A DNA stretch of 64,000 bases from Candidatus Campbellbacteria bacterium (GCA_007125155.1 SLDR01000010.1:24490-88489), one strand, 5' to 3'. Shown: positions 10,043-20,290, counted from the stretch's first letter. Numbers and translations are program-made. The notes: generated by a model not told the origin, from the sequence alone.

Positions 10043-10693
10043 CTAATTTTCTTTTGCCGACACTTCATCTTCGTTATCGTTCAGATACTCTCCAACCCTC
10101 ACCTTGGCACAGCGAAGGAGTTGGTCCCGTATCATGTATCCATCCTGAATTACCTCAACAATGATGTTGTCTTTACTTTTGTCTTCCACCTTAACGGTTC
10201 CGACCGCTTCGTGTAAGCAGGGATCGAAATTTTGATCTATCGGGGAGAATGAATATATACCTTTATCATTAAGGATCTTTATAAGCTGGTTTAGTACGTT
10301 CTCCATCCCCTCCTTCCATTCCTTCGGTAGTTCTTCCCAATTACCGCTATTGGCGGTTGCCATTTTAAAACTGTCCAAAACCGGCAATATACTCTCTGCA
10401 AACTTTCTTTCAGACCTTTCTCCGGCTTCCCGGGCCTCTTTTTCGTATCTTCTTCTTATGTTGACGAGGTCGCTTTTAGCTTTTTGCCACCCATCCAAAT
10501 ATTCCGCTTTTTCATTACGGCACTTTTTAAGTTCTATTTTAAGTTTATGCAATTTATCTTTAGATCCACCTTCTTCCTCTTCGATCGCATCGGGCTCCTC
10601 TTCGAAAGTGACGTCATTCTTTTCATACTCTTCGCCATTGATGGATACTTTTTTTTCAAGGTCTTTCTTTTTGTTTCTATTGTCCGCCTTCAT
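10043..10693 (-). CDS. grpE: Nucleotide exchange factor GrpE
   Basis: WQKAKSDLVNIRRRYEKE coiled-coil region and a C-terminal FDPxLHEA motif. Sits upstream of dnaK in the classical order. Confidence 0.9.
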   Translation of the reverse strand: MKADNRNKKKDLEKKVSINGEEYEKNDVTFEEEPDAIEEEEGGSKDKLHKLKIELKKCRNEKAEYLDGWQKAKSDLVNIRRRYEKEAREAGERSERKFAESILPVLDSFKMATANSGNWEELPKEWKEGMENVLNQLIKILNDKGIYSFSPIDQNFDPCLHEAVGTVKVEDKSKDNIIVEVIQDGYMIRDQLLRCAKVRVGEYLNDNEDEVSAKEN

Positions 10694-10829
10694 TTCTTGA
10701 TATTTATGATAAACAGCATCACTATAATATGTTTAAACAAATCTGTTTCTGTAACGTGTCATAATTATGAGAATAACATTGATCAGACACCAATATTCAT
10801 TTAGCTCCGGCTCTTTATTGGAGTAACCC

Positions 10830-11243
10830 TTATCTTTTGGACCACTGAGGTGACTTGCGTGATTTTTTAAGTCCGAATTTCTTTCTCTCCTTCCTTCTCG
10901 GATCGCGTTTCAGAAAACCCGCCTTTTTAAGTTTGGGCCTAAGATTCGGATCTATTTCGGTTAACGCTCTTGCGATTCCGTGCAAAAGCGCCCCGGCTTG
11001 GCTAGAAGACCCACCGCCTTTAATGAGTGCGGACACGTGAAATTTCTTATCCACTCCGCTTTCTTCAAAAACCCTTTCCACCAAGATCCTCAGTTCCTCT
11101 CTGGGAAAGTAGTCTTCCAAACTCCTTTCGTTTATTGAAAAGGAATTCTCTTTGTTTTCAAATAAACGAACTCTAGCGACCGCCGATTTACGCCGACCTG
11201 CCGCCTCAATGTATTTTTGTTTTGTATTTTCTGTTGTAGCCAT
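10830..11243 (-). CDS. rpsI: 30S ribosomal protein S9
   Basis: GRRKSAVARV, GGGSSSQAGALLHGIARAL and a C-terminal KKSRKSPQWSKR. Confidence 0.95.
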   Translation of the reverse strand: MATTENTKQKYIEAAGRRKSAVARVRLFENKENSFSINERSLEDYFPREELRILVERVFEESGVDKKFHVSALIKGGGSSSQAGALLHGIARALTEIDPNLRPKLKKAGFLKRDPRRKERKKFGLKKSRKSPQWSKR

Positions 11244-11246
11244 GAT

Positions 11247-11621
11247 CTATTCAAATATTTTCAAACGATTCATTAGTTTGGGCCGTAACTTGTTATTGGG
11301 TAACATGCCGTATACGGCCCTCCTGAATGCCTCCCCCGCTCCGCGTCTCTCGATCAATTTTTTTAAAGTTTCTTCTTTTTTACCACCCGGATATCCGGAA
11401 TATTTTACATATACTTTGTTTACCGTTTTGTTTCTCGTTGTTATGCGAACCGAAGATGCATTCTCGATAACCACTTTTTTTCCCATGATGCGGTTTTTCA
11501 CGAAATCCGGGGAGTTCTTTCCCCTTAAAGTTTCGGCCGCCTCTGTCGCAACACGTCCGAACGATCTGCCGGCGGCATCTATGGTTACCTCATCATTTGT
11601 TTTTATGTCTTTTGTGTTCAT
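11247..11621 (-). CDS. rplM: 50S ribosomal protein L13
   Basis: IDAAGRSFGRVATE...YSGYPGG...GMLP matches L13. The start is placed at the internal ATG (11621) that aligns with the canonical L13 N-terminus. The ORF track extends to 11672, which would overlap rplQ. Confidence 0.9.
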   Translation of the reverse strand: MNTKDIKTNDEVTIDAAGRSFGRVATEAAETLRGKNSPDFVKNRIMGKKVVIENASSVRITTRNKTVNKVYVKYSGYPGGKKEETLKKLIERRGAGEAFRRAVYGMLPNNKLRPKLMNRLKIFE

Positions 11622-11661
11622 GTTCCGAGTTATTCTATTCGTGCACTGTTGAAATGTCAAT

Positions 11662-12012
11662 TTATTCGACAAATTCTATGCAAGCCATAGGGCTGGCGTC
11701 TCCCACTCTAACGGAAAGCTTGCTTATTCGAGTGTAACCCCCGCTTCTTTCCTTAAACCTGGGAGCCAGATCCTCGAAAACCTTTAATGAAGCGTCTTTT
11801 CCGACCAGAGCGCTCACCCTTCTTCTGTCGGAGAGAGTGCCTTTTTTTCCATAAGTGATCAGCCGTTCCGCGAAAGGCCTAAGCTCTTTAGCTTTCATTT
11901 CAGTTGTTTTTATACGCTCATTTACAATAAGTGCTCTTGCCAATGAATTCAAAAGAGCCTTTCTTTGCTTCGAGGGTCTGTTGAATGAGCGGATTTTATT
12001 GTGGTGTTTCAT
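11662..12012 (-). CDS. rplQ: 50S ribosomal protein L17
   Basis: [37 protein letters not shown]...GGYTRI. Confidence 0.95.
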   Translation of the reverse strand: MKHHNKIRSFNRPSKQRKALLNSLARALIVNERIKTTEMKAKELRPFAERLITYGKKGTLSDRRRVSALVGKDASLKVFEDLAPRFKERSGGYTRISKLSVRVGDASPMACIEFVE

Positions 12013-12033
12013 ATTTATATCGTTTTTTCAAAC

Positions 12034-13014
12034 CTATTTTTCTTTCGGTGACAGATCATGTTCCGCAAGAATATCCTTGATCTCTTGAACCGCTTTTTCT
12101 CCGAGACCTTCCAAAGCCAGAAGGTCTTCTTCCGATTTTCTTATGAGGCCACTGACCGTTCTTACGCCGGCATTTGAAAGTGCATTCATTGTCCTGGCCG
12201 AAAGACCGATCTCCTCGACGGGGGTTTTCAAGAACATCTCCGTGTCCTGTCCGTCTTTGGTCATCTCTTCTTCCCCGGTTTCGGACATATCATATAGTTC
12301 ACTCTCGCTGGCCTCTTCTTTGAAACCTACAACAGCCTTTAGTTGCTCTATCATAATTGAGATGGATCGTTCCAATGCCTCGTGGGGAGATATCGTTCCA
12401 TCGGTCTCTATGGAGATCTTTAGAAGGTTGAAATCGGTCCTGTCGCCAACACGCATATTCTCAACTTCATAAGAAACCCTTCTTATGGGAGTGAAGACAG
12501 CGTCAACCGCTATTGTCCCAATTGCCATCTTTTCCTTTTTCAGCTCATCCTTTGTAACGAAGCCAAGTCCTTGTTCGACTGTAAGTTCCATGTCCAAGGA
12601 AGCTTTCTTGTCAGTAAGTGTCGCGATATGTTGCTCCGGATTAACTATCTCGACTGCGCTGTTTGATGCGCCTAAGTCACCGGCCACAATAACGCCATCC
12701 CCCTTCTTTGAAAGGGTTATCTTCTGTGGTCCATCCGTATGAAGTCTCGCTCTGATCTTTCTGATGTTCAAAAGTATTGTTATAACATCCTCCTTCACGC
12801 CGTCTATGGTTGAGAATTCGTGATTCACACCTTCAATTTTTACGGTTGTCACCGCAACTCCCGGTAGCGATGAGAGGATTATCCTACGGATCGAATTTCC
12901 GAGAGTGTGGCCGTAACCGGGATAAAGACCTTCTATTTCATAGACCCCTTTGTTGTCTTCCTCAAGAATTATCTTTGGCCTGGAAGGAGTCACTATGGTC
13001 GGTTGTGTATTCAT
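12034..13014 (-). CDS. rpoA: DNA-directed RNA polymerase subunit alpha
   Basis: N-terminal LxPGYGxTLGNSLRRILLSS dimerisation domain and C-terminal alpha-CTD helix-hairpin-helix (LSARTMNALSNAGV). Confidence 0.95.
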   Translation of the reverse strand: MNTQPTIVTPSRPKIILEEDNKGVYEIEGLYPGYGHTLGNSIRRIILSSLPGVAVTTVKIEGVNHEFSTIDGVKEDVITILLNIRKIRARLHTDGPQKITLSKKGDGVIVAGDLGASNSAVEIVNPEQHIATLTDKKASLDMELTVEQGLGFVTKDELKKEKMAIGTIAVDAVFTPIRRVSYEVENMRVGDRTDFNLLKISIETDGTISPHEALERSISIMIEQLKAVVGFKEEASESELYDMSETGEEEMTKDGQDTEMFLKTPVEEIGLSARTMNALSNAGVRTVSGLIRKSEEDLLALEGLGEKAVQEIKDILAEHDLSPKEK

Positions 13015-13044
13015 ATTTAAACTTTTTAATTTTTTAAATGATTA

Positions 13045-13659
13045 TTAACGGCTGTAAAATTCCAGAACCGCATTTATATCAAAAAAAAGATCAACCTCTT
13101 CTTTGATCGGATCTCCTTTTAAAGTGACGGATTTTTTGGCGGGATCGACCCGTAGCCACGAAACCACCGTTGACAGAGTCAGGGACTCATCCTCCATGTT
13201 TTTGAAAAGCCCTTTTTCCAGACTCCTTGGTTTAATTGTAACTGTGTCGCCGACCTTGAGCTTATATGAAGGTATGGTTACTTTTCGGTCATTTACCATT
13301 ATATGGCCGTGTGATATGAGCTGGCGGCAAAATAATCTGGTTGGTCCGAATCCCGATCTGTTCAGAACACTGTCGAGGCGCTTTTCCAAAGACTCAAAAA
13401 GTGCATCAGGTATTTCTTTGCCTTTCTGTTTCATTGCCTGACGAACAAGCCTTTCAAAGGATCTCTCGGATAAGGCATAAGAATATCTACCTTTCTGTTT
13501 TTCTATGAGACGAAGACCATAGTCAGTTATTTGTTTTCTTCGCTTACTTTGTCTTTTTGATTTCTTTGATTCCGAAAGTGCGAATTTCTGCGTCTGTGTC
13601 TTTTCAAACACGGGCGCTCCGAGTCGTTTTGCAATTTTATATTTTGGTCCTATCTTCAT
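13045..13659 (-). CDS. rpsD: 30S ribosomal protein S4
   Basis: S4 RNA-binding domain LDSVLNRSGFGPTRLFCRQLISHGHIMVNDRKVTIPSYKLKVGD. Confidence 0.95.
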   Translation of the reverse strand: MKIGPKYKIAKRLGAPVFEKTQTQKFALSESKKSKRQSKRRKQITDYGLRLIEKQKGRYSYALSERSFERLVRQAMKQKGKEIPDALFESLEKRLDSVLNRSGFGPTRLFCRQLISHGHIMVNDRKVTIPSYKLKVGDTVTIKPRSLEKGLFKNMEDESLTLSTVVSWLRVDPAKKSVTLKGDPIKEEVDLFFDINAVLEFYSR

Positions 13660-13714
13660 AATTTTAATGGTCTATTGATATTTGAATAGTTTGATATGGT
13701 TTATCGTTAACCCA

Positions 13715-14143
13715 CTAAACCCTTCTGGGTTTCTTGGGTCTCGGTCCATTGTGCGGTACCGGTGTAACGTCGACTATCTTTACTATCGAAAGACCTTTGG
13801 ATACGAATCCTCTTATGGATGATTCACGCCCCGAACCGACACCTTTTACCGAAACCTTTATATCTCTTGCACCCATTGCATAAACCTGCTCACCGATTAA
13901 TTCACCCACTTTGGCCGCAGCGAACGGAGTTCCTTTCTTTGCGCCCTTAAACCCCAAAGATCCCGCCGATGAACTGGTTATTATATTCCCTTTGATATCG
14001 GCGAAAGCCACCTTGGTATTATTGTATGTCGCATGAACGTACAGTGTCCCTGTGTCAAGCTTTCTTTTTATGGTCTTACCGCCTTTTCGATATTTACCCT
14101 CGCTTTCACTTCCGGACTTTTTTACAATTCGTTTTTTTCCCAT
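13715..14143 (-). CDS. rpsK: 30S ribosomal protein S11
   Basis: TPFAAAKV...VKGVGSGRES...DVTPVPHNGPRPKKPRRV. Confidence 0.95.
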   Translation of the reverse strand: MGKKRIVKKSGSESEGKYRKGGKTIKRKLDTGTLYVHATYNNTKVAFADIKGNIITSSSAGSLGFKGAKKGTPFAAAKVGELIGEQVYAMGARDIKVSVKGVGSGRESSIRGFVSKGLSIVKIVDVTPVPHNGPRPKKPRRV

Positions 14144-14222
14144 TTTTAATTATTCTTGCTTTGAAAATATGAATCCACGACTTTTAATATTTACCATAAA
14201 AGCTAACCTATGTAAATAGAGT

Positions 14223-14606
14223 TTATTTCTTTTCCGTCTTCCTGCGACCTGTACCCATTGTTTTTCTAATATTTCCCCTCCTGGTCCTGGAGTTTGTTTT
14301 TGTTCTTTGGCCTCGACAGGGAAGCTTTCTTGAGTGACGCATTCCGCGATATGATTTTATATCCTGTTGACGCTTTATGTCCGAAGATACCCGCCTCCTG
14401 AGGTCTCCTTCGATTATGTAATTTTCCTCTATATACTTCCTGATCTTCACTTCCTCATCATCGGTGAGTTCATTTGACCTTTTACCTCTGTCTATGCTAA
14501 GAGCATCTAGTATTTCACCGGCACGCGAAAAACCTATTCCGTAAACTTCGGTTAATGCTATTTCAAGACGTTTATTGTCAGGGATGGTTATACCTATTAT
14601 GCGCAT
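14223..14606 (-). CDS. rpsM: 30S ribosomal protein S13
   Basis: MRIIGITIPDNKRLEIALTEVYGIG...EGDLRR...RGQRTKTNSRTRRG. Confidence 0.95.
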   Translation of the reverse strand: MRIIGITIPDNKRLEIALTEVYGIGFSRAGEILDALSIDRGKRSNELTDDEEVKIRKYIEENYIIEGDLRRRVSSDIKRQQDIKSYRGMRHSRKLPCRGQRTKTNSRTRRGNIRKTMGTGRRKTEKK

Positions 14607-14722
14607 ATTGAAATTTATTTTCGCAACTTACTTTATACTCAATGTGTTAATAATGCAACCCCCCGAGGGGATAACTTTCGGCCGACCCTCAATGATTTCA
14701 AATCTTTCATTTACAAAAAACT

Positions 14723-14839
14723 TCAACCTTGACGTTGTTTGTGGCGAGGGTTTGATTTACATATGACAAAAACCCTTCCTTGTCGTCTTACGGTTTTGCA
14801 ATTTGGACATATTTTTTTTACTGAAGATCTGACTTTCAT
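14723..14839 (-). CDS. rpmJ: 50S ribosomal protein L36 (38 aa; below the ORF-track size cutoff)
   Basis: Reverse translation of 14839..14723 gives [38 protein letters not shown], the L36 zinc-ribbon consensus. It sits between infA and rpsM as expected. Confidence 0.85.
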   Translation of the reverse strand: MKVRSSVKKICPNCKTVRRQGRVFVICKSNPRHKQRQG

Positions 14840-14848
14840 ATTTTTATA

Positions 14849-15067
14849 TTACATTCGTCGTATTATCCTACCTTTTTCGCTACTATAAGGATCGACTTCA
14901 ACTATAACTTTATCTCCGATCAGGACCTTTATTCTGAATTTCCTCATTTTTCCGGCAAGATATGCCTGCATTTCAGTACCATCGTCCAGTTCGACCTTGA
15001 ACCTGGTATCAGGATACGCTTCGGTCACAACACCTGTTACCTGTTTAATGTCTTTATCCTTTGTCAT
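14849..15067 (-). CDS. infA: Translation initiation factor IF-1
   Basis: S1-like OB fold: GKMRKFRIKVLIGDKVIVEVDPYSSEKGRIIRR. Confidence 0.95.
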   Translation of the reverse strand: MTKDKDIKQVTGVVTEAYPDTRFKVELDDGTEMQAYLAGKMRKFRIKVLIGDKVIVEVDPYSSEKGRIIRRM

Positions 15068-15152
15068 TTATGTAATGTTCTATATTTTTGATTTTGATCG
15101 GTCAAGATACTTGATGGTACCAAAATAGCTGAAAAAGTCAACATTTAGTTGA

Positions 15153-16535
15153 TCAATGTTCCGTTGTTATCTTGATTCTTTCAGGATTGCTTGGCAGGTA
15201 AGGCATCCAAAAAGGAGAGATGGATATCTTTGCTTCCACTATCGGATTTTCGCTTTGATTTATTATCAGATTGATCCTCTCCGTGTCTCTGACGGAAAGC
15301 CCGGCCAGATTTTTCGATAAAAGCTCCTTATCTATCCTTTGGTAAAAATCCACGTCTCCTGATACCGTGAATGTAATTTCATCTCTTTCATACAGGTTAT
15401 GCGTATCTTCGGGCTCAAAGGTTACACGTTCCCAGTTCTTTATCTCGACATGCTTTTCTTCATCGAAGGTTTCTTTGTAAAGATGACCGACGAGATCTTC
15501 TTCTTTCAATATTACTCCATGTAATACGGCATTCATCTCCAGAACAGCTTTTCCGTTTTCGTACCTTATTTTTTCACTTTCCTCCACCGTGTAGGCTCCT
15601 TTCAGCATTAAAAAACCACCCGGAACAGACCTTTCGACTTCGGATAGCAACTCCTCTTTTATTCCTTCCCGAATATCGAATCTTACCTGTTCGAGATCGT
15701 TTTCATCCACTATCGGGATCGTTCCTGACCCTCCGCCCGTCATTGGCGTCTCTGACCTGGCATAAATACCTTCAAATTGCGGCATACCCTCGAATCCCGG
15801 GATGGTGAATCTTGTCGGCCCTATATTGTAATTTGATCCGACTTCGTCTGCATATACATTTGTTCGCACAGTGCCCGGTTCTCCGCCACTCATTCCCGGA
15901 ACGGTCAGATTTCCCTGTATTCTGAATATCAGACCCTCGGGACTTTTGAACCTGGTATTTGTTATAAGAACCTGTTGAGATTCGCTGAATTCATTGTAAA
16001 CGGTGATCATTCCGGTAGCCTTTTCTTCAATACGCTCTTCTCCGGTCGCTTCCAGTGTTGCTTGTCGATGTTTTTTGGTATTTATACTAATGATATCGAA
16101 ACCGATATCTTGAGCCGAAGGTTCTTTGTACACGGTTAGTGTTTTATCAATATCGGCCTTTTTGCTTATCGGCGTAATGGTTACCTCGGCTGTGGCGAAT
16201 TGTGAAGATATTCCGAACCCCAAGACCATAATGGTTCCCAACCCCAACGCCATTCCTCCTATCCACCATGCGGTCTTTTTATTTTTCTTTTTTTCAAGTG
16301 GTGAGTATATTCTTGATGCATTATCTCTGTCTTCCGTATCTTCCGTATCATCATGTGATTCTTCAGGGATGTCGTTTTCCGTCTCCAGAGGAACCTTGAA
16401 ATCATGGATCTTACGCACATTGTTCTCTTTTTTATCTTCACCACTTACGCTATCCCCCGCGGGGCCATCTTCAAAACGAGGTGAAACCACATTCCTTATG
16501 GATCTTTTGTTATTTGGTGGTGTTATATCTTTCAT
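15153..16535 (-). CDS. Hypothetical membrane-anchored protein (460 aa; single TM at about residues 88-110, large extracytoplasmic domain)
   Basis: One hydrophobic segment, AWWIGGMALGLGTIMVLGFGI, after an acidic N-terminal region. No catalytic motifs. Immediately upstream of infA, where secY/adk/map are usually found. Confidence 0.55.
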   Translation of the reverse strand: MKDITPPNNKRSIRNVVSPRFEDGPAGDSVSGEDKKENNVRKIHDFKVPLETENDIPEESHDDTEDTEDRDNASRIYSPLEKKKNKKTAWWIGGMALGLGTIMVLGFGISSQFATAEVTITPISKKADIDKTLTVYKEPSAQDIGFDIISINTKKHRQATLEATGEERIEEKATGMITVYNEFSESQQVLITNTRFKSPEGLIFRIQGNLTVPGMSGGEPGTVRTNVYADEVGSNYNIGPTRFTIPGFEGMPQFEGIYARSETPMTGGGSGTIPIVDENDLEQVRFDIREGIKEELLSEVERSVPGGFLMLKGAYTVEESEKIRYENGKAVLEMNAVLHGVILKEEDLVGHLYKETFDEEKHVEIKNWERVTFEPEDTHNLYERDEITFTVSGDVDFYQRIDKELLSKNLAGLSVRDTERINLIINQSENPIVEAKISISPFWMPYLPSNPERIKITTEH

Positions 16536-16655
16536 TGATTTTTTTTAAAATTCTTAAAAAATGGTTCATCACCATTTATTGATCCTAATTATAACTTATA
16601 ATCTTCAGTTTTTAAATTATCATATGAGGATATTCTGGTCGGATCCTCTTCTTTT

Positions 16656-17816
16656 TCACTCCGTTCCTTTGTCGGAATTGATCTTGCGGTTAACAAAGAG
16701 ACCGCAAATGATCATCTCCATATCGCTTTCATCAAAATCATACTTAACGATCTCGGAGAGATACTCATGCAATGGCCGGATCTCGGTTTCGGGATGCTTC
16801 TTTATCAGAACATTCTTGAACGCCATTTCGATCCTTTGGTTTGAGTTGAAATAGACGATATCGGGGATCCAGTTCATATTCTTTTCGTACTCCAGCTCCC
16901 AGAATTGCATAATTGAAGATATGGTGTTTTCCAATTTTTTCAAGAAACCCTTTTCGCATTCTTCCGAGAAGTACATTGAAACGTAAGAAAGAGCTACGCA
17001 TCGGGGAACTTCGAACTTCTTCTCAATTTCTTCCAAAATTTTCGAATACCCGTGGTGTATATGTAGGTGTTCTTTCACGACATCATTCTCGATAAGAGTG
17101 ATAAGTGTTTCCGAGGTATTCACGTTCACATATTTTTTCAGACCTTTCTCATTAGATCTTCTTATGAGATCCGTAACGGCGTCGTTTTTTGGAAAAAAAT
17201 AGACCGGAGTCGATCCGACCGTTTTTTTTATCTGAGATCGGAGTGACTCAAGAAGCTCTGCCGGCGCGACGGAATTGAAGAGAGAAATATCCAACTCCTT
17301 TGCTTCGATCCCGTACGGTTTTTTGGCCGGGTACCCATTCAAACAGACGGATGTCACTTCCTTTTTTATGAATTCTATGGAATCTTTTTTTTGAAGAATC
17401 AGATCGGGAGCGTCATCGATCTTCGCTATTTCCTTGCTTAAAATATCATCGATCAGCTCCTTAGTTATTCTAAAAGATGTATTTTCTTTGTGTGTGGTTT
17501 TGCTAAGGTAGCTGTATTGATAGGGAGAATCTATCATGAATACACATCTCTCAATGTAAAACTCAGTCAAACCATCACCTTTTGTCAGACCCCTGTGCGC
17601 TCTATCGGCAAGATCATTGATCACGGCAGTAACGGCCTGCTCAAGCTCCGTTATTGAGCTGAAAAGACCTTCGAGAGTGGTTCTGGTGTTGTTTATGTGA
17701 ATGAATATACCCTCTTCCCCGCTTTGGCCGGGGTCTATTAGCGCGCCCTGAACTCCGCTCTCGGACACATCAATGATCGCAACTGCAGGTAATTTTGAAC
17801 TCGCAAATAAATTCAT
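16656..17816 (-). CDS. Actin-fold (ASKHA) protein, FtsA/PilM-like
   Basis: N-terminal VAIIDVSESGVQGALID resembles the phosphate-1 motif of actin-like ATPases, and a later GYSKILEEIEKKFEVPRCVALSYV region resembles the FtsA/PilM IIa region. Start set at ATG 17816, one nt after the alaS stop; the track ORF would extend 80 nt into alaS. Confidence 0.4.
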   Translation of the reverse strand: MNLFASSKLPAVAIIDVSESGVQGALIDPGQSGEEGIFIHINNTRTTLEGLFSSITELEQAVTAVINDLADRAHRGLTKGDGLTEFYIERCVFMIDSPYQYSYLSKTTHKENTSFRITKELIDDILSKEIAKIDDAPDLILQKKDSIEFIKKEVTSVCLNGYPAKKPYGIEAKELDISLFNSVAPAELLESLRSQIKKTVGSTPVYFFPKNDAVTDLIRRSNEKGLKKYVNVNTSETLITLIENDVVKEHLHIHHGYSKILEEIEKKFEVPRCVALSYVSMYFSEECEKGFLKKLENTISSIMQFWELEYEKNMNWIPDIVYFNSNQRIEMAFKNVLIKKHPETEIRPLHEYLSEIVKYDFDESDMEMIICGLFVNRKINSDKGTE

Positions 17817-17817
17817 T

Positions 17818-19605
17818 TTATTCCAAAACGGCTTTGACTCTCCTAACCCCTTCAGAGACCGATTCTTCTTTAATGATCTTGAATTTTCCCAGGGCACCGG
17901 TATTTTCTACGTGAGGACCGCCACACAGCTCCTTGCTGAATACGCCTGTCTCACCGTCGCCTATGTAGTAAACCTTTACCTGATCGGAGTACCTGTCCCC
18001 GAAGACACCATCGATCCCTTTTTCTCGCGCTTCCTGGAGGGTCATCTCTTCGCATATGACGGGTAATTTTCGGTCTATGGCATCGTTGACGATATCCTCG
18101 ATCTTATTTTTTTCTTCCTCCGTGAGCTTGCTGTGGTGAGAGAAATCGAATCTGGCTCTTTCGGCTGTTATGTTACTGCCCTTCTGTTTGACGTGTTCTC
18201 CCAGGACCTTCTTCAGTGCGGCATTTAAGAGATGTGTCGAGGTGTGATATTTTGTCTCTTCTTCCCCGGATCCCGCCAGTCCTCCTTTGAACTTTCCCGC
18301 CGTCCCCTTTCGGGAAATTTTTTGATGTTCTTCATATGCCTTTCGAAACCCCTCGACATCCACCCTGATGCCTTTCTCGTTAGCCAGATCAACGGTCATG
18401 TCTATGGGAAAGCCATAAGTGGAGAAAAGCAGAAAGGCATCTTCACCGCTTATGTCGTATTCTGACATTTTTTCAAATCTCTTCAGGCCCTCTTTTAGAG
18501 CATCTTTAAATTTATGGATCTCTATCTCGATCTTATTCGTAAGGTCAGTCGATGACGATCCGATCTCAGGATAAGCGTCTTTGTACTTTTCGATCACTTC
18601 CCTTGCGATCTCTATTATCAGTTCGAGGGCTTCTTTTTCATCGGATGATGATGCGGCCATTCTGAAGGCTCGTCTCAACAGGCGCCTTACTATGTACCCT
18701 CTGTCAGTATTGGAAGGAGTGACCCCGTCCGATATGATGAAAACCGTCGCCCGGATATGATCGCATATTATATTTTTTGCCCTTCGGTCCATCTGTGGGC
18801 GGAGATCTTCTATCTTTTTCATCATCGGTTCGAACAGATCGGTCTCGAAAACCGATGATCTGTTTTGCAGTACCGCCGTGACCCTCTCCAGGCCGGCCCC
18901 CGTATCAACACTTTTGTTCTTTAAGGGCCCTTTAATTTTTCCTTTTTCTTTCTCGTATTGCATGAATACGTCATTCCATATCTCTATGACATCACCATTC
19001 TCGTCCGCTTTCTGGAACTCTTCCGGTGTCAAATCTCCGAGTCCCGCGGGAGTTACGTCGTAGAACATCTCGGAATCAGGTCCGCAAGGGCCGTTATCAC
19101 CCGGACTCCACCAATTTTCAGAGGCCGGTCTGAAATATATTCTTGATTCTTTGATCCCGATATTTTTCCATATTTCCGCGGCCTCTTCATCTCTGGGAGC
19201 ATTAATGTCACCTTCGAATACCGTAACATAGAGGCGCTCAGGGTCCATGCCGAAACCTTCGCTTTCGGAAGTAAGGAGTTCGTAACTCCATTTTAGAGCT
19301 TCTTCTTTAAAATAGTCTCCCAATGACCAATTGCCGAGCATCTCGAAGAAGGTCAAGTGAGTATTATCACCCACCTCTTCTATATCGTTCGTTCTGACGC
19401 ACTTTTGAACATTGGCCAATCGCTTACCCCGGGGGTGTTTCTCTCCAAGGAGATAAGGTACTAAAGGTTGCATACCTGCGGTTGTGAACAGAACCGAAGG
19501 ATCATTTTCGGGTATCAATGACGATGAGGGAATTATCGCATGACCTCTTTTTTCAAAAAAACTTAAGAATCTTTTGCGTATTTCGGATGAATGCATAAAT
19601 GTCAT
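17818..19605 (-). CDS. alaS: Alanine--tRNA ligase, short form lacking the C-Ala domain
   Basis: AlaRS catalytic-core motifs (FTTAGMQP, WSLGDYFK) and an editing-domain HxxxH (HTSTHLLNAAL). At 595 aa it is truncated relative to canonical AlaRS of about 870 aa. Confidence 0.9.
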   Translation of the reverse strand: MTFMHSSEIRKRFLSFFEKRGHAIIPSSSLIPENDPSVLFTTAGMQPLVPYLLGEKHPRGKRLANVQKCVRTNDIEEVGDNTHLTFFEMLGNWSLGDYFKEEALKWSYELLTSESEGFGMDPERLYVTVFEGDINAPRDEEAAEIWKNIGIKESRIYFRPASENWWSPGDNGPCGPDSEMFYDVTPAGLGDLTPEEFQKADENGDVIEIWNDVFMQYEKEKGKIKGPLKNKSVDTGAGLERVTAVLQNRSSVFETDLFEPMMKKIEDLRPQMDRRAKNIICDHIRATVFIISDGVTPSNTDRGYIVRRLLRRAFRMAASSSDEKEALELIIEIAREVIEKYKDAYPEIGSSSTDLTNKIEIEIHKFKDALKEGLKRFEKMSEYDISGEDAFLLFSTYGFPIDMTVDLANEKGIRVDVEGFRKAYEEHQKISRKGTAGKFKGGLAGSGEEETKYHTSTHLLNAALKKVLGEHVKQKGSNITAERARFDFSHHSKLTEEEKNKIEDIVNDAIDRKLPVICEEMTLQEAREKGIDGVFGDRYSDQVKVYYIGDGETGVFSKELCGGPHVENTGALGKFKIIKEESVSEGVRRVKAVLE

Positions 19606-19675
19606 CTTATCAAAATTAAAGATAAAGAGGAATATTCAAAAAGACCGGTCAAGATCCCCTTTCTTCGTGCGCGGA

Positions 19676-20290
19676 TCAGTAAGATAATTTTTCTTTTATC
19701 ATACTCCTCAGAACTTCAAAATCTTTTTTAAGTTCATCTTTTCTGGAACTATTGTATATAGCGACAGCCGGATGGTAGAGCGGAACTATAAAAACTTCAC
19801 CATATGAAAATTTTGCTTTGAATTTTCTTCCTCTTACTTCGCTTATTGTCATTTTGAATGATTCATCCACATATCTGTAAAAAATGTATCTCATAGCATG
19901 TCTTCCCAGGGGTGCTAATATACGAGGTTTTATTATATCTATCTGTCGATCAAGAAAGGGAGCGTAGATGTTTATTTCATCAGCCGATGGATCGCGATTC
20001 ATGGGAGGCCGGTCTTTAACTATGTTCGTTATGTACACATCCTCTCTTTCGATATCCACGTGTTTTAAAAGTTCGTCGAGTATTTTGCCCGCCGATCCGC
20101 AGAACGGCCTTCCGGTCAGAGATTCATTTTTACCGGGAGCTTCTCCCACCATCATTATGTCCGCTTCATAACTTCCCTCGCCAACCACCGGATGGACCTC
20201 GTTTTTGATCCTCTCATTGTAAAGGGGTGATGCTGTCAAGTTTACCACTTCCTCTGTTATCGCTTTCATTTTTTCGACCTTTTCTTCCAT
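19676..20290 (-). CDS. Uracil-DNA glycosylase, family 4
   Basis: GEAPGKNESLTGRPFCGSAGKIL motif characteristic of family 4 UDG. Confidence 0.85.
   Translation of the reverse strand: MEEKVEKMKAITEEVVNLTASPLYNERIKNEVHPVVGEGSYEADIMMVGEAPGKNESLTGRPFCGSAGKILDELLKHVDIEREDVYITNIVKDRPPMNRDPSADEINIYAPFLDRQIDIIKPRILAPLGRHAMRYIFYRYVDESFKMTISEVRGRKFKAKFSYGEVFIVPLYHPAVAIYNSSRKDELKKDFEVLRSMIKEKLSY

Noticed and set aside
16656-17897. Full-length 413-aa track ORF for the FtsA/PilM-like gene
   Set aside because: Its first 27 codons overlap the last 80 nt of alaS. The internal ATG at 17816 gives a 1-nt intergenic gap and starts right before the conserved actin-fold N-terminus, so the shorter model was preferred.
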